Source of the DNA: Auanema rhodensis
Taxonomy: Eukaryota > Animalia > Nematoda
Assembly: GCA_964057225.1 (NCBI GenBank)
Contig: OZ059897.1
Coordinates: 14,508,001 to 14,572,000, forward strand
DNA length: 64,000 bases
Direction of reading: 5' to 3'
Every line of letters begins with the position of its first letter. Position 1 is the stretch's first letter. Made by a program: the position numbers and the translations under genes. Positions 50,684 to 63,700 of this stretch are shown one piece after another. Under the pieces are notes generated by a model. The model was not told the DNA's origin, searched no databases, and saw nothing but the letters and a program-made list of their open reading frames with translations.

Positions 50684-53042
50684 TTCTGTTACCTAGAACA
50701 AATATATAATGACTGAATGAGAAATTCAAAAGTCGAAAAAGGTTAAATAGAACTGAATGATAAATAATTGGAAGGCAATTATAGTAATGAAACTGTTTAT
50801 TCTTGTGATAATGATGATGGGTTTTGCAGACGAATCACATGGGTGTTAATTGCGTTATAAACTTAAGGGAAGCTTAATGAAACTTTGCAAACAACTAAAA
50901 TGCTCTCAAAAAAAGAATAGCGTCAAATCGAAATTTGATTAAATAGTTGAAGATGAGTTTTTTGGTTCATACACTAGGTAAGTAATTACGAAGCAAAACG
51001 CAAAAAAGAGATTGGTCGAGTATGACATATTAATCGGAGAAACTGCTTTAGGGCAGAGAGCGAAGATGTTATTGGTGAAGAATTGCCGAGAATTGAAGTT
51101 ATGTTTGTTGCCGATGAGCTACATTAGTTTTTTATTCGCGAGAAACTCATCCATCTAGAGAAGGCATTGAAGTAACAATTGAAGAAAGCCTGAGCAAGAG
51201 AAATGTTTTGTATTTCTAGTTATGAGTGTAAGATTATTACTTTTTTCTCGTATATGAAGAAACAAAATATAACACGGTTCGTTGATTCTACTAAATACAA
51301 TTTCAGATCACTGCCACTACTAGATTCGTAAATAGACAAAATATATTGAAAGAGATCACAAGGCGTGTCAATTAGTTATGATCGTGACTTCTTCAGGCAG
51401 AAACATAAATATATAGATAAATATATCTATATATATATATCTATATGTATATATAGAGAGAAAGAGATAGATATCCATACATACATCTTCATACATATAG
51501 ATGTAAATGCTCGACAGACTTGAGAGAGAGAGAGAGAGAGAGAATAGAAAGAAAGAGAGAAAAAAAGAAAGAGAAAGGTTGGATATGGGAAATAAATGAT
51601 AAAAAGCAAAATATGATCTTCATCATCAACCATTGAATGAGGAATGTTACCTATAATGTTATGATTATATATGAATGATACAGCTTATATTGTCAAAAAG
51701 CCTGAAAAATATATGAGGAGGACTGTTCGACATATACCTGAGATGACACATCAAGTGAACAAAGTTTTTTTTTCAAGTTAAGTCTGCCCTTCAATCCAGA
51801 TGAAAATAATTAGAATAGTTTAAAGAAGATGTATGAAATGAAGATGTATGCTCAGAGTACTTGTTTGAAATATAATTTATTGTTTAAATTATATTTTAAT
51901 GTATGTATATATTAACTTTGGAAGGCTTATTAAATCATCCTATCAATCTTCAGCTATCTATCTATTCTCAGTTATGCATATAACACAAATTCATCTCGCT
52001 ATTTTATCTAAGAATTATAAATAATATAACTATAATGGCATAAAGAAATATGAAAAATGACTATGACAAGAGTATCATTTCAAGAAAGAGAACAAAATTG
52101 TTAAATAGAAATGTGTTCTGAGTGTGCAAGCTCTAAAGCAAATTCGTATAAGGATTTCCTATTCCAACAACCCATTCAGTATCTCACTAGGATGACCTCA
52201 TGAACCTATTACGTTGGTCTAAAATGGTAGTGCCTCCTACAAATTGGTAGAAAACTCGAAATGTTGTAGGTTATAAAATAAAAAAATTTAAAATAAATTG
52301 ACATTTATTTTTCACAAGTTTCTACGTTTTTACATGACTCTTGAAAATTTAAACAAGATCAAATAATTGTCAAGGGTTTCGTTTTGATTGTTCAACATAC
52401 TTCTCTGTTAATGAGAAATAAATAAGCCTTAACTAAGCCTATCAAATGTATTAAAAGCAGAAGCATTGTTCCTATTTCTATTAAATAGAGAATTACTTTG
52501 CCTTCAGCGTTAGGGTCGTTAAGCATTGAAATTTAGACAATCTTTGGTTCATGGCAATGACAAGAAAAATGTGCATCAATATACACCTTGGAGAAGCACC
52601 AGACAAGAGATTAAGGGGAATTGAAAAAAGAGTTGCAATAAGAATCGTTTACGTAATCTAAGACTCTGATTTCTGAAGTCTAAACGATAAATTAAAACGC
52701 CGAGACTTCATGCTCAACTATACCATAGTTCATTCAGTGAACCTTATACTGAAGAAATTAGGATTCAACTTGAGTTGACATAACGTAGATCTACTAATAT
52801 ACCGGATTTGAATGAATAAGAAACGGAAATGAAGAGGGAGTGTGGGCGTTAGGACATATGAAAGCTAGGTAGAGGGAGATGAAGTGGTGAAACTGAGTTT
52901 AAACTCAGTAGAGGTATAAAAGACATCTCAAGATGAAATAAAGGGCTTGAAGTTACATGGTGAGTTGGGGGCGGTCCTATTGCAAGCTCGCTTGTCTCCA
53001 CCTACTTCTAAGCTTTCTGTCCTCGTTTTTCCTTGCTATCTT

Positions 53043-53084
53043 TCTCTCTCTCTATACCTCTCTATCTACCTTTCTCTCTCTTTC

Positions 53085-53180
<96 letters not shown>
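53043..53180 (+). repeat. (TC)n microsatellite
   Basis: Long TC run, perfect from ~53091 to 53180; source of the spurious SLSL ORFs. Confidence 0.97.
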
Positions 53181-53183
<3 letters not shown>

Positions 53184-56100
53184 ATTTTCGATGTAATATC
53201 GTCTTAAAGGGTGCGGCTAAAAGACAGATGAAGAAATTGACGCCGAAATTGGCATTTTCCTTGAATACTTTATAAATCAAGCACAATGAGATAGTTAATA
53301 GCGAGTAAAACGAGCAACTAGTTTTGAGAATACAATAACAAATAGATCATAAGAACGTTAACAACAATATCGAACTATTTTACTTTGATAAATTGACTGA
53401 TCACACCCCCACATACATGTCACATATTTATATTATTTATTTAATTATTTTCTCATCACTGAACGATGTTTGAAGTATCACACCTGCAAATATGATGCTA
53501 CAATACTCTTTGAATGTCATTCAAGCAGAAGATAACCAGAAGGCAAGAAGGAGTGTGGGATGTGGTCGCATCTCTATGCAAAAGACGATGGGGAGTTGAA
53601 CAGGGAAAAGCAAGCTTATGGAATCATGTGTTTGTTGTTGAGTCACAATTGTAGCCGATCTTCATATGCATTTTTCCAGGACATGTGACGGACTAAGATT
53701 GAGATCAGCTCTATAAACTTCAAAGGATTCTAAGCTTGCAGATGAATTTGGCAACTTTTTATATTTTTTGCAAGTTGTTAAGCTTCTCTAAACTCGGAGG
53801 AACATACCACACTCACAGCAAAATAATGTTTTTAGAAAGTTCAATATGAAATTGTGAAACCTGAATGAATTTAAACATCGAAGACTTAGGATAGATAGAA
53901 AAACATCTGATTCATTCATCATGGCATTTCCGTGAATGTTTCAAGAAGTTCAGAAAACTTTCAAATTCAAATGAATTTAAATGTGAAATTTAGCTCAAAG
54001 AAACATTTCGTCTACTAAAATTAAGCGAAATATCAGAAAAATCATGCATGGAGAAAAAGGCAAAAATTTCATTTGCATTTTAATATGTCTTACGGAACTT
54101 CATACATGCTATATGCTTAAATAATTGAATTTATTTCATATATAAAACTAAATAAAACTAAATAATCATTCAAGAGTGCTGATTTTCTGATGGATTGATG
54201 ACGAAACATTTATTTAATTTTTATAAGTTCCGTTTTTTTTTTCCTCAATATTTTCAGTTGATGAAAAGATATATGAAATAAGAACAATAGAACATTGTTC
54301 GTCTTCGTACCCATAACTTTCATCTCAATTTTCCAATTTGGTTGTATTCATCTTGACTTTCAAAGCGCGTAGTATTCAATAGGATAAAATTTTTTTTTTT
54401 TTGCTGCAAAAAAGCAATCATAACAGATAATGTGAAACATTGGTAAGTTAGATGATCATATTCCACTTTCGTGAAAGTTCTTTACTATTTTTGTATAAAA
54501 TAAAACAAAAATTTGTTATCAAAAACAATAAACTTCTGATATGATAATGCTTCAACACGGAGTAATAAACAGAAGACAACTGTTCATTACCAATAAAAAA
54601 AGAAAAATTGACGTCAATTCCTAAATGTTACTGCATCTAATACAATAAGAGTTGGTACAAAACGTTTCGGTCAATGTATATATATATATATATTCTTGAT
54701 TTTTGAGCTTAGTATGACGTTCTTTTGGTCGGGAAACAGTGGTGTACTGCTCCATCTCACTTTATTTGATTCGACGGAAGTATTGCCAGTGAACAAAATT
54801 ATAAGGGTGCTAATAGTGAAGCTGTGGTTAGCAATAAGTGATGACGAAGACTAAAGTTACATCAAGCTAGCTTCCATCCAAGCAAGTAAGGATACGTATG
54901 CGTATGCCACCCACGTCCACATTGGGAGCGCCTTTACAGCTTAATTTCATTAATGGCTCAGTATAATGGGCACCATCGTTATGAAAAGAGTGAAACAACC
55001 CTAAATGGAAAGTTTTTCGAGAGACCCAGACTCTCAATAAGTGAGCTAGAATTCTCCGGGTATATACACATATCTCTCGCCTTCGCTCTATAGCTTTAGA
55101 ACTCTTAACACTCTTTCAAGCTCTCAAATACTCCTCTCCTTATTTGACTAAAAATATATTTATATATCCGATCGGAAACTTTTCATAATAGAATCTATGT
55201 ATTCAATTCTGAAAATGTGTTATATAGCATAGTATATAAGGATATATTTATATATGGATAATGATTTGAGAGAACAGAAGTCATAACAACGTCATCATGA
55301 CGAAGTTTAGCTCTTTCTTGTTTGACTCAAGCATGTATAGTATATATCCCTGTGAGATTTTGAAGATCACTTATGAAAATAAATTACTCAGGAATATGAA
55401 AACATCATCGGGCATTATTTACAGGAAAAGTTTCTGAAATATTATGATGAACGATTATAAATAACTATTTACCATTCAAAATATAATACTATCTTTAGTT
55501 GCAGAAGGTTAATCATGACGATATATACATATATCATGACGATAGATATATATATACACGCTTTCCTCATTTTCATCATATGTTTTTCTATCTTCATAAC
55601 AGAGGTAAACGTGAAAACAGAAGACAACTTAGATTTTTTTCTAGAGAATCGATAACAAATATAATGATTCATACTTGCAAAAAGCAACAAAATAACAAGT
55701 TCTTGTACGAATTTTATTTATCTGGAGATGAAAAAGGTGAAGCACAAAAAAAAACAGAGCTAAGCTATCACAACAATCTCGAAATTCATGGGCTTCTGCA
55801 ACTTGATGAAATCTGGATTAAATACATTTCCTATTTTTTTTGTCGAAAAAAAATGTTTTGAAGTCATTTCTCATTAACACACAAACTGAAATGTAGATAG
55901 TTTGTAGGTTTATATTATTCAAATGTTTTCGAACGAAATTTTATTTCCTCTGAGAAATAGAATTCTAGTGTACATTTTAAAACAAAAAAAAACAATCACC
56001 CTTTAACTTAAATATGAAATTCCAATCAAAAAATTGTTTATTTTTTAGGTGAGCAATTGTTTTATTCTCAAAGCAAATTAGATCAAATATTTTATAAAGC

Positions 56101-57423
56101 TCTGACGGAATTCATCAACTTTAATTGTCACCATTTAACAATGTAATATAATTTTTTTTTGTTCAGATTTTTTTTTCAAAAGTTAGCTCATTACAAAAGA
56201 ACACTAGCTATAGTTAGACACATTTGTTCCCGAAATACACAATTTGAGAGATCAATCATCGGATGTTGAATAACATTAAAATCTTAAAAATAAAAAGAAT
56301 AGAACAAAGGATGTCACAGTATCAAATAACTAGTGTATAAAAAATCAGAACTACATAAAGTAAAATACGGAACTCTACTAAACAAGAACACACATCTGAA
56401 TATAATGAAGCCGAGGGAGAAAATTAACGATAGAGAATGTGTATGTCGTGTACTGAATGCAGATATATCTATGTAACATAATGAAAAAAGAGCAGAATAA
56501 GATCTCATCAGCAGAATTATACTTTTTTGAACTAAACTACAAAATGTTTGAATACTATTTTCACATAATATAGAATAAGATAGAGTATTCTCTTGCATAA
56601 AAACACAACAAATTTCGTAAATTCATAATGAACTTTTTCACACATTTTATTGTTTGTTATTTTTGTGTCCCATGTCAAAGAAATTACGGAAATTCAAAAT
56701 TTGAACAAAAAATCAAATTTTTCCGAATTGTAGCCTGTTCAAACCATTTTTCGTAGGAAAACAACGTGTTCAAAAATACACAACAATTTCAATCTGAATA
56801 CATTATATTTCAGAAATGTCTCCATTGAACTTTTTTATACTTTTTAATTATTTTCATTGTTTAATTTATGGGGAGATTTGACCACGTCTCAGAAAATAAA
56901 AGCTCAATTGAAATACCAAAATGCATAGAAAACTAAACTCATAAGCCAAAAGCTATAAAATGAAGAAATGATATTACTTTAATGAAAAACAATGAAAACG
57001 TTAGTCATGAGGATAGGCTGAGAACGACAATCTGACACTTTCATTGCCTATAAACTCATCAGACGTATTAGCACTGAAGTGCGAATGAACGCGAATTGCT
57101 TGGAGACTTTACTTGCTTTATTGCAATACCTTCTACGCAAATTAAACTGACATGAGAACATCAAAGTTCATCTCATATCAGATGTATATGTCTGCTATTT
57201 GAATACTCATTCGGTTGATCTCCATTTCTTGGGCCTTCTTCGTAGTAAAAATCTTATATTTTCCGAGGGCGGGGGACGTCTCATTGCTTTTCATTTCCAA
57301 AAAAAATTGCCAATTTTATAGAGAGCAATATATATTTTATTATTACATATTATACAATAATCTACATTGGCTCATCGTAGTACGACGATTGGAAATAATT
57401 TAATTACAAACGGCCTATGACCG

Positions 57424-60046
57424 TTATACATCTATAGAAGGAATCTGATAGTCGTACGGACTGCAATAAGTCTGGGGCGAAAACATATTCATATTAGTAG
57501 AGACACCTACAGAATTTGGCAAAGTCTGAAAAGAATTAAGTAGTAAACTGAATTTACGCATTCAACACATAAACAGAAAAAAAGTGTTTACAACTTGGAT
57601 ACTTACCGTTATATTTGTCTGATGATCATGTTGAGTGGATTTCACATAAGAATAGGGTTCCTAGACAAAGGAATTATAAATAGAATTCTTTAAAAAATCG
57701 TATCGTACGTTACTGTTGTTAAAAACACTTTTCTGGTCGGAATAATTTTGTCCATCATCAGAAAAAGGGGAGCATGGAGTAGTGCATGATTCATATCCAG
57801 AAGAATGACCATCACTAGATCTTCTCTTCTATAATTTAAAATGAATTAACCTTTAATAATATATCCTGTAGCAAACCTTAATTTTAATAGAGCTAACTGT
57901 TGTCTTTCTCTTTTTGCGAGTTACTCTATTGCGTTTTGATTTTTCGATGAGCATAGCAATATCCATGAAACCTTTTACCCTTGCTACATCAACAGGATAA
58001 TGATCCTTAAAGAACGAATATTATGATAAATAATTTGGGAAATAATGAGAATCTAACCAATTCGTCTGGAATATTTCCATTTGCTCCAGCATTCAAAAGT
58101 GCTTCAACTGCATTGTAGTTTCCACAGATAGTAGCTTGCCACAAAGGAGTGCAGCCCTAAGAATACATCAACATATACAACATATATGTCTTATTTAAAA
58201 ACCTGAGAGTCTTCAGCATTGATATTAACTTTTGGTAAATCGACGAGGTATTTAATCATCTCAACATTGTTCATTTTGGCTGCATAATGGAGTACAGTCA
58301 TCCCATTATAATGAAGTGAAGTCTATAATAGTTTGGAGTGAGGAAAACAATTTTTAACTCATAATATGTATTTACAAACCTTATCTCCAGAATCAGCTGG
58401 ATCAGCACCGGCTTTGATAAGAATTTTTGCAAGTGGAATAGCAAGTATAGGTGGATATTCAGCACACAACATAAGCGGCGTTTTATCTAATTCATCAACA
58501 GCATCAATAGAACGTCGACCATCGACCAACTGTAACGTCAAGGATTAATCAAAAAAAAAAGCAGAACTAACCGAATTTACAATCTTATCATATGCTAAAA
58601 GTAATTGAAGCATATTCTTATCCATATTATGAACAGCATGATGTAGGCAAGTTGAATAGTTAATGTTCATTATAGTTCCGTCTGCACCACTGTCTAACAA
58701 AAATTTTGCCAGATGGTAGTGTCCTCCACGAACAGCAACCATTAAGGCAGTCTCTTCTCCTAAAGAATATGAGTATATGTAAAGTTGAAACTTCCTTTTA
58801 CTCACTTTCATCTTGAGCGTTAATATAAACGCCTTTTTCCAATATTCTTTGGGCAGACGCAACAACCGATTGCCAATTGGCTCGTCCACAGCCTTCAGCT
58901 AGCCAATGAAGCTCTGATCTTTCACTGCTTTTCTGGAAAAAAATACATTGAAACAGAACTTTTTTTTGCAGAGTTGTACTTCTTCGTGTTTAATAACAGT
59001 GTAAGTTGGTCGCTGAACTGTTATTCTCGATATGATAGTTCTGAAGACAATTACGTAATGCTAATATAATTTTCTCACAACACACCCTCCAGATTCTTGA
59101 GATTGCCCTGAACCATTTGCACATGATCGTTTAGCAGGTAGACCTTCCTCTATATGTACAAGATCTTTATCTGAAATAGGATTAACTTCATGAAAACACA
59201 CATGCTGTAAATGTTCATACCAGAGAGTTCGGCAGGAGGAAACCATACAGGAGCAGTTACAGCTCTTCGCTTTCTGCTTTTGGTTATAATACCATAAACT
59301 AGGCCTAATACGGCAACTAATGACATCAGACAGAAAGCTAAGGCAACGATGGATGAATCACGTTTTTCTTTTTCATCTTGAGTTCTGATGGAATGATGTT
59401 CACTTAGTACTGCTGCTGTTACAGAAATATTCAGTTCATCCCATTCCTTCAATAAGTATCGAAGTTGCCGTATACATATATATACAAATTACCTTATATT
59501 TTTGAATTCGTTCTTGAATATATTCTGAAGTACAGATATCGCATTTTCTCATAGTTAACCGAACTTTTAAAGTTACAGAAAAGACGGGCAAATTCCCATT
59601 TTCATCAGTCTAAATAGGACATAATAAAGTCGTTAAAAGCAAAGTGTAACCTCATAAGGATCCTCCGTGTATTCATAATTATCAAAGTTGCTCACATCTG
59701 TTAGTAATTCAGCTCTAGATCTAGTAGCCATTTGAATATTTCCAAGAAATATTCCTTGGTATATAGCAAATACATACTCAGTCATGAATAAGGTTACAGA
59801 AACATCTACTGTGGTCTAAAAGTAGAAAACATAATTATTTTAAGAAAAAATATGGCTTACAAATTCTTGGATTGGATCATTTTCGCAATCTTTCTTTTCG
59901 GAATATCCATGATCACATTCGATATCACAAAATCCATTATTATTAATTCTTTCACAGTAATTAGCCATATGAGCAGCAGGAAAATGCTCAGCATTTATAA
60001 ATAGAAATACAGAAAATAAAATAGAAAATCTTAGAGATTTATCCAT
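57424..60046 (-). CDS. LIN-12/GLP-1 (Notch) family receptor lacking EGF repeats; 15 exons, ~642 aa
   Basis: Signal peptide MDKSLRFSILFSVFLFINA; LNR-like YCERINNNGFCDIECDHGYSEKKDC; HD-like region; TM IVALAFCLMSLVAVLGLVYGII; RAM KSRKRRAVTAPVWFPP; ankyrins SELHWLA..GVYINAQD, ETALMVAV..GADGTI, TCLHHAV, KTPLMLCA..GADP, GMTVLHYAAK..NINAED, GCTPLWQA; basic NLS-like RKKRK/KKRR; S/T/P-rich tail. Hand-spliced exons sum to 1929 nt in frame with no internal stop. Confidence 0.88.
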
Positions 60047-60733
60047 GACTAGATGTAATGATTAGAGTTAGCTCTCCAAGAGAGACGACTAAACTGAACT
60101 GCAGACTAACGAAGATCGTTATAGGTACGAATGACTGCAATATTTGATCAGAGCAAATCCGTAGTCTGATAAGGTTATGAACTCTGAGGCCAATCAACTT
60201 ATGATTTATTGGTTCCTATGGTCATATCCCAGTTATGGTTGTTCAGGGAATGTGCCAATGGCATCGATTGGACAACTAGGTGTGAACATGATGTACTGTT
60301 ATATGATTATATGATATACGAGCCAACCGACAATATCTTGAAATTAAAGATTTATTCTTAGAAAAATATTGATAGAATAATAAATATAAACTGTGAGAAA
60401 TATGTTAGAAAGAAAAGAGCCGTTTATAGATCACAGAGAAATATAGAATTTAACAACCTTTTAAACAACCGCTCCCCACAACAATAATGCACAAGTTCAA
60501 ATTATAAAAAAGTATTAACACGTAATATTAAAATTATTTTCAATTGTGGAGGAATGAGGAATCATTTTTTTCTCTTAATTGTTGGGAGAAGATAGCATAA
60601 GAATACAGTTAGTCTAACGCTACATCGGGAAGCCCGATATAGAAAGCAATTCTTCTAGAACGCAAAGTATAAAATAATAAAATACAAATTATGCAATCTA
60701 GAAATTTGGCACTTATACAATATTAGACGATTT

Positions 60734-63700
60734 TTAACGGTTTTTAAGTTCGTAATGAGTTCTCTTCGTTAATCTACCGCAACAGCATCCGAATAGGAAC
60801 AAGAAGAAGATGACACCACCTAGCCATCCCAGCAATGATATCTTGTTGGGGTGGCTGTTTATAAGTTCTACAACATCGTGCCAACTATCAGGAAGAACCA
60901 TCTCGAACTCCTTATGAGCCTTCATCCATAACCGGTTTCTATCAACTAATTTATTTCTACACCCGGGGGTTAATTGAGCATTTGAGCTTTCCGCAGCATC
61001 CATCAAACACATGATTACTAAAACAATTTCAGTAAATATCAAGATAATATGATAATTTTTTTCAGAAATAAGCATAAATTATATTAAATGGACAAAATGG
61101 ATACGCGAAAAAAATATTATTATTTCATTATAAAGTAATTAGATCGGTTGCCTTTTCCATATTTTCAAATTACTACGTAGAATTATAAATAAGAACTAGA
61201 TATTTACCTCTGCTGTTACCGGGAGGGACATCCCTACATAGGCGTTGAATATCAATGCCACAAGCCTCGTGAAGAGAAGGATCAAGGTTGATATCGACTA
61301 ACGTTTCTTCTGTTCTACGTGCCAACTGCAAAGTAGTATATATGCATATTACATAATGATGAACTCCATACCTCCTTACTACAGCTAGGATCACCAATTA
61401 CTCCCTTATAGAAATCTGCTTTCAAACATTCAAGAACAGTATCGAAGTTACCTCCCTGCAAATAAATTATTAATAACCATCAAAGACTTTTGGTTAACTG
61501 TTTGAATGACAGAAGAAGAACAATGTCTTTCAATAGTGGCTTTGCAAGCATCATACAATGAGGGATCAAGTTTAGGGTCAAGCTCAGCTTCCAAAATAGC
61601 TTTAGTAATCTAAATATGTTTATAACACAAAATAATTTTGAGCATATATAATACCTCTTCTTTACATGGAGTTCCAATGTGAATTTGTTCGTGAGCTGAG
61701 CGTCTGTATTGCTCTCTCAAGCATCCGACTACAACTCCTTTCAACATTGTTTGGGCATATTGCGGTTTATTAATTTTGTCTAGATCTTCAGGACAACTGA
61801 AAAGCATTTTCACATTAAATGAAACTACATGCAATTCATACTAAGTTTTAATTTCCTCACGACAAGCACTCAAAAGGCCAGGTCTTAGTCTAACATCGCC
61901 AGCAGCCTCTTGCATACGTTCCTATTACAAATCGGATAAAATATGGATAATAAATCTAATTGTATACCTGAACAACAGCTTTACATTCTCTTTGAAGCAA
62001 TCTAACAATCTTAGTATTTGTCAAACATTCCAAAACATTTTCTCTATTTTGAGCTCCACAGAACTTGCCGATATCGTACTTGCATTTCTTCTACACATAA
62101 ATCATGAATATGATATTCAATTAAAAGCAAGTACCTGAAGTTCATCATCCATTGTGTTATCAACAGCTTCAATCTTTTCTCTATAGAACACCATAGAACG
62201 ACAATCATGTCCCAAAGCATTGAAGTTTTGACGGAGACATTCAACGGTATCTTCAAATGAGTCAGCTTCGTTACATCTGAAAACATTACATAAAACTAAA
62301 TGAAAAACTTAATTTTCTACCTGAATTTCTTTAACTCAACTGCGCACTTCTGTGCGAGTTGTGGATCAGCATCGGCCATATGTTCTTTGTCGTCAAACTA
62401 AATAAGCCTGTTAGTTTTACAAATATTAACATAAAATATTCTTCGTGCAACTAACAGATCATATTAACATATATAGGTATAAGCTATAAAGTGGAAAGGA
62501 GAGGTAGGTAAACTATCAAACGAAACTGTTAATTTCTAAGTGAAATTAAGTGCTAAATATTAGTATGACTCCCAAGTTTAATGCAGACACCCCACAACAC
62601 CAACTCACTTCTACCTGTTCTTGCTGAAGATAGGCCACTTTAAGTTGCTTCTTGCACGGATCAGATAAGTCAGAATTGTGGCCAAGAACCTTGTGCTTGA
62701 ATCGGACTTCAGAGAGACAACGGATAATTTCAGCCCTAGAATTTTAGCACTGCCTCATAAAATTCGAAAAACGACTTACTTATCGTTTCCATGTCCAGTA
62801 CAATACTTCTCGATATCAGGAGTACAAGCCTTTTGGAATTTGTAGGAGAAATGGTAATCCCGGAGAGAAACCAGTTCAAAGTGGTTAACATAAGACTTAC
62901 ATTTTCCAGTCATTTCTGGGGTATCCTGTAATATAGACAAAAATATTATAAGCGTAAAATTTCCTCAATAAAACCTTATTTCTAAGAAGACACTCCATTA
63001 CATCTCCGTGATCAATTTCGTCATTTTGGAATTCCTCACAGTAGGTGGTGATAACTGGCTTACATGCTCTAGTTAAAGCAATATTAAGTTTAGTGTCCTG
63101 TGATTCCATTTGAGTGAATTTCACAAGTTCCTAAAAAAATATCTTAGTGTGGCAAGAAAAGCACATTACCTCATGACATCTTTTATGTTTATTTACGAAT
63201 TCTGGCTTTTCAAAGTTATCTTGTAAACATTGCATTTCCTATAATATAAAATTTATAATTTAGCATAAAAATAAGATAATACCTCCATAGGCTGGACATT
63301 ATGACTACAATACTCAGAAAGAGCATCACGGCAATTATCTTCAACTTCTGGCATCAAATTTACACGGACAGCGCGAGAATGGAGAACACGTCGAACTTCG
63401 ATACCACATTTGTAGGTTAACTAAAAATAAAAAAATAAAAAAGATTAGAAAAAATAGACAAACAGGATTTTTCTCGTCATAGGCGCTTCTGTAAAGACAA
63501 GCAAGAACTTGTGGACCTGGGTCAGGAATATTAGCATCATTGCTAGCCATATGCCAATTATCTAATGCATGACACCTACAAAACAAACATGAATGACTCA
63601 AAAAAAGAAAAAACTTACTTATTAATAGCTTCATCGTGACAAGCAGCATAAAGTTGTGGATCTAATGTCCAATCGCGAGCCATGAAGTATTGTACCTAAA

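Noticed and set aside
52892-52909. Perfect 18-bp palindrome ACTGAGTTTAAACTCAGT
   Set aside because: About one such palindrome is plausible by chance in 64 kb of AT-rich DNA; no supporting context.
52947-53275. Three overlapping SLSL-rich ORFs (also 17680-18147, 3389-3633, 21243-21476, 29114-29332, 51427-51633)
   Set aside because: Translations of TC/GA microsatellites and purine tracts.
57348-57356. FBF/PUF-like element UGUAUAAUA in the putative Notch 3' UTR
   Set aside because: Short AT-rich motif expected by chance; would need conservation evidence.
59072-60399. LAG-1/CSL-type sites (TGTGAGAA at 60392-60399 and its reverse complement at 59072-59079) near the Notch gene, suggesting autoregulation
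   Set aside because: The same YRTGAGAA motif occurs many times elsewhere in the window, so there is no evident enrichment.
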